64,000 nt of DNA. Source: Candidatus Cloacimonadota bacterium (GTDB taxonomy: Bacteria > Cloacimonadota > Cloacimonadia > G963667145). The stretch covers positions 704,001-768,000 of the forward strand of contig OY781092.1 of the NCBI GenBank assembly GCA_963676615.1, written 5' to 3'. Positions 45,669 through 55,938 of the stretch are shown here, in pieces (position 1 is the stretch's first letter; the number at the start of each line of letters is the position of its first letter). Under the pieces are notes generated by a model, which made no database searches, was not told the DNA's origin, and saw only the letters and a list, made by a program, of their open reading frames with translations. A program made the position numbers and the translations under genes.

Positions 45669-46550
45669 ATGAATAATTTAAAAAAAGAAGAATTTGCTGG
45701 AGTTATGGAGTCTGTTTTTGCTTGCATTATTTGGGGGCTTTCGCCGCTTTATTGGCTATTGCTGGAAAGCGTTAGCCCGTGGATAATCGTCGCCAACAGA
45801 ATTATTTGGGCGTGCGTGATGATGTTCATCATAATTCTTTTCCGCAAAGAATTACCAAGCATCAAACCAATTTTCCGCGAAGCAAAAGGAATCGCAACCA
45901 TAATTATCTGTGCCTGCCTTATCCTCAGCAACTGGAGCATTTACATCTGGGCAATAAACCACCAACTTGTCATAGACGCCTCTTTGGCTGGCTACATCAG
46001 ACCCTTGATGGTAATTTTGTTTAGTAAAATCTTTTTCGGGGAGCAGTTCGACTTGCTCAAAAAAATCTCAATTTTAATCGCTGTAATCGGCATCGCCGTT
46101 ATGATTTTTCTCTATGGAAGCATCCCTTATGTCTCTCTTAGCTTAGCCATTACTTTCTCCGTTTACGGCTTGCTCAAAAAGAAAGTAAAATACACTCCTG
46201 TTCAAACGATGTTTATGGAAACCTTGTTTCTCTTCATCCCAGCTGTTTTATTTCTCTTTTTCTTCCCATCTCCAGCGGGCACTTTTAAATTTTCCAACTG
46301 GATTTTATTTGCCATAGGAGGAGTTGTCACAGGTCTTCCCCTTTTTCTTTTCGCTTCTGGAGTAAAAAAGACAAAACTCTCAACACAAGGTTATCTACAA
46401 TTTATCTTGCCGACAATTTTCTTTTTCCTGAGCGACTATATCCTACACGAAAAAATAAGCAACGCCGAATTTGTGGGGCTTTATTTTTTCTGGGCAGCGT
46501 GCATTATCTTTATAATCTCGATTTTTGTTAGCAAATCAAAAAATGTCTAA
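45669..46550 (+). CDS. rarD: EamA-family transporter RarD, copy 1
   Basis: WG..PLYW, RIIW, NW.IYIWA, YGL.KK, G.VT..PL..F, GY.Q.I.PT. Confidence 0.88.
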   Translation: MNNLKKEEFAGVMESVFACIIWGLSPLYWLLLESVSPWIIVANRIIWACVMMFIIILFRKELPSIKPIFREAKGIATIIICACLILSNWSIYIWAINHQLVIDASLAGYIRPLMVILFSKIFFGEQFDLLKKISILIAVIGIAVMIFLYGSIPYVSLSLAITFSVYGLLKKKVKYTPVQTMFMETLFLFIPAVLFLFFFPSPAGTFKFSNWILFAIGGVVTGLPLFLFASGVKKTKLSTQGYLQFILPTIFFFLSDYILHEKISNAEFVGLYFFWAACIIFIISIFVSKSKNV

Positions 46551-47424
46551 ACTGAAAAACAAAGAGCTTGCGGGCAGTTTAGAGTCGATTTTTGTTTATC
46601 TCATCTGGGGAGTCTCGCCGCTTTTTTGGCAATTACTGGATAGCGTCAGCCCGTGGATAGTCGTCGCCAACAGAATTATCTGGGCGTGTGTGATGATGTT
46701 CATCATAATTCTTTTCCGCAAAGAGCTGCAAAACATAAAAGCAATTTTTTGCGACATAAAGGGGCTTGCCACTATCTTCGTCTGCGCCTGTCTTATCCTG
46801 AGCAAATGGTGCGTTTACATCTGGGCGGTCGAGAGCCAACTGGTAATAGAAGTCTCTCTGGGAGCCTATATCAGACCACTGATGATAATCTTGTTTGGCA
46901 AAATATTTTTTGGAGAACAATTCGACCTGCTCAAAAAAATCTCACTAATCATCGCCATAACTGGCATCGCCATTATGATTTTTCTCTACGGAAAAATCCC
47001 CTATGTTGCACTAAGTTTGGCATCAACTTTCGCCGTTTACAGCTTAATCAAAAAAAGAATAAAATACTCGCCAATCCAAACGATGTTTATGGAGACCTTT
47101 TTACTGCTTGTCCCTTCCATTTTGTTTGTCGTTTTTTTTCCAGCACCAGCCAGCACTTTCAAATTTTCCAACTGGATTTTATTTATCTTAGGCGGCGTTC
47201 TCACTGGGTATCCCTTTATGCTCTTCGCTTCCGCTGTGAAAAAAGTGAAACTCTCAACGCAAGGCTATCTGCAATTCATTTTGCCAACACTAATCTTCTT
47301 CCTCAGCGATTTTGTCCTAAAAGAAAAAATAAGCCACGCCGAATATGTTGGGCTTTACTTCGTCTGGAGCGCCTGCCTTGTCTTTATAATCTCCATATTT
47401 GTCAATCGACCGAAATCCAAATAA
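46543..47424 (+). CDS. rarD: EamA-family transporter RarD, copy 2
   Basis: Paralog of copy 1 with the same motifs. Confidence 0.86.
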   Translation: MSKLKNKELAGSLESIFVYLIWGVSPLFWQLLDSVSPWIVVANRIIWACVMMFIIILFRKELQNIKAIFCDIKGLATIFVCACLILSKWCVYIWAVESQLVIEVSLGAYIRPLMIILFGKIFFGEQFDLLKKISLIIAITGIAIMIFLYGKIPYVALSLASTFAVYSLIKKRIKYSPIQTMFMETFLLLVPSILFVVFFPAPASTFKFSNWILFILGGVLTGYPFMLFASAVKKVKLSTQGYLQFILPTLIFFLSDFVLKEKISHAEYVGLYFVWSACLVFIISIFVNRPKSK

Positions 47425-47496
47425 AAAAAGCTAACTTTTCCCTGCAGATTTTTTAGAAGATATTGACCAAAAATCTCCACAAAAAAAAATAGCTTT

Positions 47497-48390
47497 ATGA
47501 ATAATTTAAAATACCAACGAACGCTTGGGGGGCTGGAATCGATCTCCGCCTACACCATCTGGGGCTTGACCCCGCTGTTTTGGAATCTGCTCGCTCAAGT
47601 CAGTCCGTGGCTAATTATCGCCAACCGAATGCTCTGGTCGTGCGTGATGATGTTCCTTTTGATTCTTATCTACAAGCAGCTGCCAGCCATCAAAGCCATT
47701 TTCTGCGACACAAAAGGGCTGCTAACAATCTTGATTTGCTCCTGCCTGATTTTTTGCAACTGGAGCCTTTACATCTGGGCAGTCAGCGAAAAACTCGTCA
47801 TCGAAGCCTCACTCGGCTACTACATAAACCCGCTGATGGTTCTACTATTTAGCAAAATTTTCCTAGGCGAGGAGTTCGATTTGCTCAAAAAAATCTCGAT
47901 ACTTATCGCCGTGAGCGGCATCGCCATTATGGTCTTTCACTACGGCAACTTTCCCTATGTATCCATCAGCTTGTCCACAACATTCGCCATCTACGGCTTA
48001 ATCAAAAAACGGATAAAATACTCGCCAATTCAAACGATGTTTATGGAAAATCTGTTTTTCTTCATCCCCGCTCTTCTGTTCATTTTTTACTCGCCCGCAA
48101 CCTACACATTTCATCTTTCTACACAAATCTTACTCGCTCTAAGCGGCGTCGTTACTGGAGTTCCGCTAATTCTTTTTGCCGCAGGAGTAAAAAAAGTAAA
48201 CCTCTCAACGCAAGGCTATTTTCAATTTATCGCCCCCACAATAATGTTTTTTCTGAGCAAATATGTCCTAAAAGAAAACATAAACCACGCTCAATTTATC
48301 GGACTTTTTTTCGTCTGGGCAGCGTGCCTTGTTTTCATAATTTCGCTATTCGTTCAAAAAAAAGAAATCGTGAGCAGGCATAAAAAATGA
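47497..48390 (+). CDS. rarD: EamA-family transporter RarD, copy 3
   Basis: Carries the canonical EASLGYYINPL motif. Confidence 0.9.
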   Translation: MNNLKYQRTLGGLESISAYTIWGLTPLFWNLLAQVSPWLIIANRMLWSCVMMFLLILIYKQLPAIKAIFCDTKGLLTILICSCLIFCNWSLYIWAVSEKLVIEASLGYYINPLMVLLFSKIFLGEEFDLLKKISILIAVSGIAIMVFHYGNFPYVSISLSTTFAIYGLIKKRIKYSPIQTMFMENLFFFIPALLFIFYSPATYTFHLSTQILLALSGVVTGVPLILFAAGVKKVNLSTQGYFQFIAPTIMFFLSKYVLKENINHAQFIGLFFVWAACLVFIISLFVQKKEIVSRHKK

Positions 48391-50216
48391 AATACGATGT
48401 AATCGTCGTCGGCGCAGGACACGCAGGATGCGAAGCCGCCTGCATCGCCGCAAAAATGGGCGCCAAAACCGCTATGTTCGTCATCAAATACGAGTCCGTC
48501 GGCAGAATGTCGTGCAATCCGTCGATTGGCGGACCAGCCAAAGGACACATCGCCAAAGAGATAGACGCGCTTGGCGGCGTAATGGCAAAAACCGCCGATA
48601 AGACCGGCATCCAATTCCGAATGCTCAACAAAGGCAAAGGTCCCGCAGTCTGGTCGCCTCGCTGCCAAAACGACCGTCAGCAATACTCGCACCAGATGCT
48701 CATCAACTGCGAAAATCAAGAAAATCTGGACATAATCGAAAGCTGCATCGACCACCTTCTGGTCAAAGACGGACAAGTTCAAGGCGTGGTCAGCCATTTG
48801 CAACAGGAGTATCACGCACCCAGAGTCGTCCTTGCTTGCGGAACATTTTTGCAAGGCATCATCCATATCGGACAAACCAGCTATTCTGGCGGACGCTCGG
48901 GCGAACCTTCGGCGGACAAACTCACCCAAGATTTGCAAAAATTGGGCTTCACAATCGGCAGATTCAAAACAGGAACTCCAGCTCGAATCGACTTGCGCAC
49001 GATTGACTATTCCAAAATGATCGAACAAGCTGGCGACGCCCAGCCCGAAGGCTTTAGCCTCTATCGCGACATCGAAATCCAAAATCTTTGCAGCTGCTGG
49101 CTGACTTTCACCAATCCACGCACGCACGAAATTGTCCGCTCAAATTTCGACAAATCGTCGCTCTATTCAGGCAGAATTAGCGGCACGGGTCCAAGATATT
49201 GCCCATCTATCGAGACAAAAATCGACCGTTTCGCCGACAAAGACCGTCACCAAGTTTTCATCGAGCCAGAAGGACTCGACACCCACGAAGGCTACATAAA
49301 CGGAATGTCCAACAGCCTTGCACCCCAAGTGCAACACGAGTTCATCCGTTCTATCGCAGGCCTTGCAAACGCCAAATTCATCCGCTACGCCTACGCAATC
49401 GAATACGACTACATCATCCCCTCGCAAATCAAATCCACGCTGGAGAGCAAACCGATAAAAGGGCTGTATCTGGCTGGGCAAATCAACGGAACTTCGGGCT
49501 ACGAAGAAGCAGCCGCACAAGGAATTATAGCTGGAATCAACGCCGTGAAAAGCCTAAACGGCACCAGCTACGACTTCGTTTTGGGCAGAGAAAGCTCCTA
49601 CATCGGCGTTTTGATCGACGACCTGGTCACCAAAGGCACCGACGAGCCGTATCGAATGTTCACCTCCAGAGCAGAATACCGCCTTTTTTTGCGCCAAGAC
49701 AACGCCGACAATCGCCTAATGCCGCTTGGATACGAGCTGGGAACAGTTTCAGGAAAAAGATATGAAAAATTTTTACAAACCGAAAAAATCGTAAAAAAAG
49801 AGATCGACTTTTTAAAAAAGAAAAAATCGACTAAGCATCCAGACCTAAAAGAGCCAATGAAACTATCGCAAATTCTGAAAAGACCAGGCGTTAGCCTCCA
49901 AAATTTGCAAGAGTTTGGCTATAAACCTGCCCAAGATATCAGCAAAATCGCTGCCGAAAAAATCGAAATCGAAATCAAATACGAAGGTTACATCAAAAGA
50001 CAGCTGGCGGACATCGCGAGTTTCAAATCTTTGGAAAGCACCAAATTTCCCAGCGACCTTGACTTTTCCCAAATCGACACAATAACTTTGGAAGCCCGCG
50101 AAAAACTGCAAAAAATCAAACCGACCTCTTTGGGGCAAGCCAGCAGAATTTCTGGAATTTCGCACGCTGACATCACCTCAATTTTGGTGTTTTTAAAAAA
50201 ACTTAACTCAAAATAG
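48387..50216 (+). CDS. mnmG: tRNA uridine 5-carboxymethylaminomethyl modification enzyme MnmG/GidA
   Basis: GAGHAGCEAA, MSCNPSIGG, KTGTPAR, GPRYCPSIE, AGQINGTSGYEEAAAQG, PYRMFTSRAEYR. Confidence 0.98.
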   Translation: MKYDVIVVGAGHAGCEAACIAAKMGAKTAMFVIKYESVGRMSCNPSIGGPAKGHIAKEIDALGGVMAKTADKTGIQFRMLNKGKGPAVWSPRCQNDRQQYSHQMLINCENQENLDIIESCIDHLLVKDGQVQGVVSHLQQEYHAPRVVLACGTFLQGIIHIGQTSYSGGRSGEPSADKLTQDLQKLGFTIGRFKTGTPARIDLRTIDYSKMIEQAGDAQPEGFSLYRDIEIQNLCSCWLTFTNPRTHEIVRSNFDKSSLYSGRISGTGPRYCPSIETKIDRFADKDRHQVFIEPEGLDTHEGYINGMSNSLAPQVQHEFIRSIAGLANAKFIRYAYAIEYDYIIPSQIKSTLESKPIKGLYLAGQINGTSGYEEAAAQGIIAGINAVKSLNGTSYDFVLGRESSYIGVLIDDLVTKGTDEPYRMFTSRAEYRLFLRQDNADNRLMPLGYELGTVSGKRYEKFLQTEKIVKKEIDFLKKKKSTKHPDLKEPMKLSQILKRPGVSLQNLQEFGYKPAQDISKIAAEKIEIEIKYEGYIKRQLADIASFKSLESTKFPSDLDFSQIDTITLEAREKLQKIKPTSLGQASRISGISHADITSILVFLKKLNSK

Positions 50217-50225
50217 GAGAAAATT

Positions 50226-50372
50226 ATGAAAATTTTTGGAATTTCCCTCGTTGCTTGTTTGATTTTTTTGGGATGCGCTCAAACCCCCAAAAAACAAAGC
50301 AAACCCAGCAATTCGCAAAGCATTGAGCGAGCCGCAAAATCTTTTCAAAAGCTAGACAAGGAGACAAATTAG
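50226..50372 (+). CDS. Small lipoprotein, 48 aa
   Basis: Manual translation MKIFGISLVACLIFLGC-AQTPKKQSKPSNSQSIERAAKSFQKLDKETN. AGGAG RBS; fills the mnmG-birA gap. Confidence 0.75.
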   Translation: MKIFGISLVACLIFLGCAQTPKKQSKPSNSQSIERAAKSFQKLDKETN

Positions 50373-50382
50373 CCCGCAAACT

Positions 50383-51105
50383 ATGGACTCTCACCCACTT
50401 TTTGAGCAAATTTTTTCGCTCGAGCGTTGCAGCTCGACAATGAATGAGGCGCGCAATCAGCTCTCTAGCTTGAGCGGAAACGCCCTTTTCATCGCCAAAG
50501 AGCAGCTAGCGGGCTGCGGCAGAAAAGGAAACTCGTGGCACTCTCCCCGCGGCGGTCTGTGGTTCACAATGGCTCTTAAAGGGCTAGATGTGCCTGCTGG
50601 CTTCACCTTATTCGTCGGGCAATGCCTACATAGCGCAATCTGCAGGCTGACCCCATCGAGCGACATCTACATAAAATGGCCGAACGACATCTACCTCAAA
50701 GAGAAAAAAGTCGCCGGCATCATCGTCAAAAAAATCCAAGATTACCACCTCGTCGGAGTTGGCGTTAACACAAGCTGTGAGCTTCCCAATTTTTTGCAAA
50801 AAACCGCCACAACTCTGCAAAAATACGAGAATATCGACAACGAAAAAATTCTCTCCGCTTTTTTGGACACTTTTCAGGAAAAGCTAATCGACTATCTCGA
50901 AGACGGTTTGGACGAAAAATATCTGAACCAATTTTCTCTGCTACAAGGGCGAAAAATAACTCTAGGAACAGAATTTAGCAACTTCAGCGGCGTTGTTCAA
51001 AAAATCAGCAAAGACGGCAAAATCGTTCTTCTTTTGGACAACGGACTCACGCAACCGTTTTTTTCTGGTTCTGTCCTGAATTTTTCTGCCAATAAAAAAA
51101 GGTAA
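50383..51105 (+). CDS. birA: Biotin--protein ligase (group I, no HTH)
   Basis: STM, Q.AG.GR.G..W.SP.GG, KWPND, KVAGI, GVGVN. Confidence 0.92.
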   Translation: MDSHPLFEQIFSLERCSSTMNEARNQLSSLSGNALFIAKEQLAGCGRKGNSWHSPRGGLWFTMALKGLDVPAGFTLFVGQCLHSAICRLTPSSDIYIKWPNDIYLKEKKVAGIIVKKIQDYHLVGVGVNTSCELPNFLQKTATTLQKYENIDNEKILSAFLDTFQEKLIDYLEDGLDEKYLNQFSLLQGRKITLGTEFSNFSGVVQKISKDGKIVLLLDNGLTQPFFSGSVLNFSANKKR

Positions 51106-51134
51106 GTTTTCAAATTTTTGAAGAAACTTACCCT
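51100..51134. terminator. Bidirectional terminator between birA and ugd
   Basis: GGTAAGTTT...AAACTTACC inverted repeat between convergent genes. Confidence 0.65.
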
Positions 51135-51151
51135 ATTTTTTAGGTTAAAAA

Positions 51152-52471
51152 CTAGCAACCAACGCAACTGTAATCAAAAAGTTTTTGCGCCTGCGGATCG
51201 TCCAGATAAATATTGCGCAGATCGAAGAAAAATTTGCCCTTCATCAAACCAGCGATTTTCTCCAAATCCATTCCACGAAATTGGTTCCACTCGGTGATCA
51301 AAACCAGAGCGTCTGCCTCTTTTGCCGCCTGATAACCGTCGGTGCAATACTCAATTTTATCGCTGCAATCTTCTAGACGCCAAGTGGCTTCGGTCATCCC
51401 CTCTGGGCAAAAAGCTTTAATCTTCGCCCCGTTTTCCACAAGCCCTCTTATAATGTCCAGAGACGGCGCATCACGCATATCGTCGGTCTCGGGCTTGAAA
51501 GACAACCCCAAAATTCCAACGGTTTTCCCTTTAATATCACGCATCTTCCGCAAAATCTTTTCCACCATTTTGCTTTTTTGCTTCGCGTTCGCCCGAATCG
51601 CCGCGTCTATAACCAAAAGTTCCTCTTGATTTTGCCGCGCAATATCAACAATCGCCTTGGTATCTTTGGGGAAACAAGAGCCGCCATAACCAGGACCAGC
51701 GTGCAAAAATTTTGGCGAAATTCTGCCGTCCATACCCATAGCGCCCGCAATTTCCTGCACATTCGCTCCGACCTTTTCTGCCAAAAGCGCCATCTCGTTG
51801 ATGAACGAAATCTTCACCGCCAAAAAAGCGTTTGAAGCGTATTTAATCATTTCAGCCGATTCCAAACCTGTAAAAACGAAAGGCGTTTTGTTCAAATAAA
51901 GGACATTGTAAACTTTTTTCATAATCTCACGAGCCTTTGCGCTCTCTGTGCCGATTACGATTCTATCGGGGTGCAAACAGTCGCCAATCGCCTTGCCTTC
52001 TCGCAAAAACTCTGGATTGGAAACCACATCAAACTCAAAATCTACCTTGCGCTTATCCAGCTCGGCTTGCACCGCCTCACGCACCAATTTCCCCGTGCCA
52101 ACAGGCACCGTTGACTTATCCACCACCACTTTATAGCCGTTTATATTTTTCCCAATCTCCCGCGCAACCGACAACACATACTGCAAGTCTGCCGAACCGT
52201 CCTCTTTCGGCGGAGTGCCCACTGCAATAAAAATCACATCCGAATTTTCCACCGTCTTTTTAATATCGGTCGTAAAATCGACTCTTCCTGCTTTCACAAC
52301 TTTATTTAATAACTCCGCAAGACCGGGCTCGTATATCGGAACTTCGTTGTTCAAAAGCTTCTCAATCTTGCCTTGATCAACATCCATACAAATCACATTC
52401 AGCCCAAAATCTGCCAACACAACACCTTGCACAAGCCCAACATAGCCCGTCCCAATCACAGAAATCTTCAT
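51152..52471 (-). CDS. ugd: UDP-glucose 6-dehydrogenase
   Basis: GTGYVG, AVGTP, KSTVPVG, SNPEFLREG, GYGGSCFPKD, FKP.TDD.R. Confidence 0.95.
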   Translation of the reverse strand: MKISVIGTGYVGLVQGVVLADFGLNVICMDVDQGKIEKLLNNEVPIYEPGLAELLNKVVKAGRVDFTTDIKKTVENSDVIFIAVGTPPKEDGSADLQYVLSVAREIGKNINGYKVVVDKSTVPVGTGKLVREAVQAELDKRKVDFEFDVVSNPEFLREGKAIGDCLHPDRIVIGTESAKAREIMKKVYNVLYLNKTPFVFTGLESAEMIKYASNAFLAVKISFINEMALLAEKVGANVQEIAGAMGMDGRISPKFLHAGPGYGGSCFPKDTKAIVDIARQNQEELLVIDAAIRANAKQKSKMVEKILRKMRDIKGKTVGILGLSFKPETDDMRDAPSLDIIRGLVENGAKIKAFCPEGMTEATWRLEDCSDKIEYCTDGYQAAKEADALVLITEWNQFRGMDLEKIAGLMKGKFFFDLRNIYLDDPQAQKLFDYSCVGC

Positions 52472-52474
52472 ATT

Positions 52475-54322
52475 TTACTTTTCTCCTATCAATTTAAATT
52501 CGTACTCTGGCAAAATCTTTTTCACAATTTGCCGCAACTTAATATCGTTTTGCTCTCTAAAAGCCTCTTTAAGTGCCTGAAGATCTTCGCTCTTCACAAG
52601 CCTCGGCTCACCAGTTTTCACCACATTTATTTTGGAATGCGCCGTCTGTTCCAAATTCTCGAAGCCCGCATTCAACTCTTCATAAAGCTTCTCGCCAGGA
52701 CGCAAACCAACATAATCGATTTCCATATCTTTATCTGGTTCAAACCCATAAAACCGAATCATCTCCCGCGCAATCTTATCAATCTTGATCTGCTTACCCA
52801 TATCTAGCACAAAAATATCACCTCCAGAGTTCAGCTCTGCGGCTTGCAACACCAGCAAAGACGCCTCTGGAATCGTCATAAAATAGCGAACAATATCTGG
52901 ATGCGTAACTGTGACAGGTCCGCCCTTGGCTATTTGCTTTTCAAAAAGCGGAATCACACTGCCAACACTGCCCAGAACATTGCCAAATCGCACCACCGAA
53001 AATTTTGACTGCTGACTATTTTTGCTTAAAACCACCAGTTCTGCCAATTTTTTGGAAGCTCCCATAATGCTGGTCGGATTTACAGCTTTGTCCGTAGAAA
53101 TCAAAATAAAATTTTCCACCGCAAAATCTTGGGCAACCTCCGCCAAAATTTTTGTGCCAAACACATTGTTTTCAATCGCCTTCCAAGGTTGCAACTCCAT
53201 CATCGGCACATGCTTATACGCCGCCGCGTGAAAAACAATCTCGGGCTTGAAACAAGCAAAAACCTTCTGCAAATGCTCCTTATCTTTGACATCGCCAACT
53301 ATCGGCTCCACATCCAAATAAGGAATATTTTCCGAAAGTTCCATATCGATATGATACAGCGAAGACTCCGCAATATCAAAGAGCAGCAACTTTTTCGGCT
53401 TAAAAATCGCTATCTGCCGACACAACTCCGAGCCGATAGAACCTCCAGCGCCAGTAACCAAAATTACTTTGTCAGCCAAAAACTTCGCTATTTTTTGCGA
53501 GTTCTGCTGCACAGGACTACGCCCCAAAAGGTCTTCGTAAGACAGTTTTCTCGCCGAGCTGAGCTTCACTTTTTTGTCCATTATCTCGTTCAAGCTGGGG
53601 ATAATTTTGTAGCTAACACCAGCTGTTTTGCATCTTTCCACAATTTTGCGAAAAGCTTTCCTGTCAGCAGAAGGCGTCGCCACAATCAGCTCGTTTATCA
53701 TATTGTCTTGCACAATTTTTTTAAGCTTTGCGATGCTGTCCAAGACTGGAACTCCGTGAATTTTGTGCCCGATTTTTTTCTTGTCGTCGTCCAAAAAACC
53801 GACCACATAATAGGAAAGCCCTTTGTTTTTCAAAACATCACGCAAGATTTTTTCGCCTGCGTCTCCTGCGCCCAAAATCAATAGCCGCTTTTTCCCCGAA
53901 ACCTCGCTGGTTTGATTGCGATAGTCGAAATAAATTCGCGCCGAGACTCGCACTCCCCCAAGCACCATAATCCCCAAAATGTAGCCGATAATAGTCGCCG
54001 AGCGAGAAATCAGCAGCACATTATCTGGCAAGCTAGCAATGATAATCGTAAAGAAAAAAGCAAAAGAGGTAGCTTTGATGAGGTTGATAAGGTCTTTTAT
54101 TCCCGTGTATCGCCACAATCCGCTATACAAATCAAATTTGAATAAAAAAGTCAGCTTTAAAACCAAAACCAGCAAAAGAGTCCAAATCATTTTGTAGAAA
54201 TTGGCTTCCAAAAATTCCCAATCCATCCAAATCCAATATGAAGCGAAAAAAACTGCCGACAAACTTATTATATCAATAAAAAAAAGAATCCAAAAATTTC
54301 TTTTCAAATATTTCCTAAACAT
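52475..54322 (-). CDS. Membrane-bound UDP-GlcNAc 4,6-dehydratase (CapD/PglF/WbpM family)
   Basis: Four N-terminal TMs, TGAGGSIGSEL, HAAAYKHVP, STDKAV, RFGNVLGS, RYFMTI.EA, GLRPGEKL. Confidence 0.93.
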   Translation of the reverse strand: MFRKYLKRNFWILFFIDIISLSAVFFASYWIWMDWEFLEANFYKMIWTLLLVLVLKLTFLFKFDLYSGLWRYTGIKDLINLIKATSFAFFFTIIIASLPDNVLLISRSATIIGYILGIMVLGGVRVSARIYFDYRNQTSEVSGKKRLLILGAGDAGEKILRDVLKNKGLSYYVVGFLDDDKKKIGHKIHGVPVLDSIAKLKKIVQDNMINELIVATPSADRKAFRKIVERCKTAGVSYKIIPSLNEIMDKKVKLSSARKLSYEDLLGRSPVQQNSQKIAKFLADKVILVTGAGGSIGSELCRQIAIFKPKKLLLFDIAESSLYHIDMELSENIPYLDVEPIVGDVKDKEHLQKVFACFKPEIVFHAAAYKHVPMMELQPWKAIENNVFGTKILAEVAQDFAVENFILISTDKAVNPTSIMGASKKLAELVVLSKNSQQSKFSVVRFGNVLGSVGSVIPLFEKQIAKGGPVTVTHPDIVRYFMTIPEASLLVLQAAELNSGGDIFVLDMGKQIKIDKIAREMIRFYGFEPDKDMEIDYVGLRPGEKLYEELNAGFENLEQTAHSKINVVKTGEPRLVKSEDLQALKEAFREQNDIKLRQIVKKILPEYEFKLIGEK

Positions 54323-54452
54323 AAGGCCTTCTTAACTTTTTGTTTAAAATAGAGCAACCGTAGCTCGTTGAAACAACTGCAAAATAGAGATGTTTTCAGT
54401 CAAGAAGAGAATAATAATTATTGACAGGTGGCAAGCCGTTATCTTTTTTTAG

Positions 54453-55796
<1,344 letters not shown>

Positions 55797-55815
55797 CCAA
55801 AAAAAGCACTCAACG

Positions 55816-55854
55816 CCCTGCTTTCCCTTGCTCAAAGTGGAACGCAGGGTTTTT
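55816..55854 (+). terminator. Probable terminator of eno
   Basis: CCCTGC...GCAGGG followed by a T-run. Confidence 0.55.
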
Positions 55855-55938
55855 CTTTCCCCAAAATTTACTTTGACAAAATTAAAGGCAAACAAAATTG
55901 TTCCATAAAAAAAACGACATCAGCACAGGAGCAGTTTT

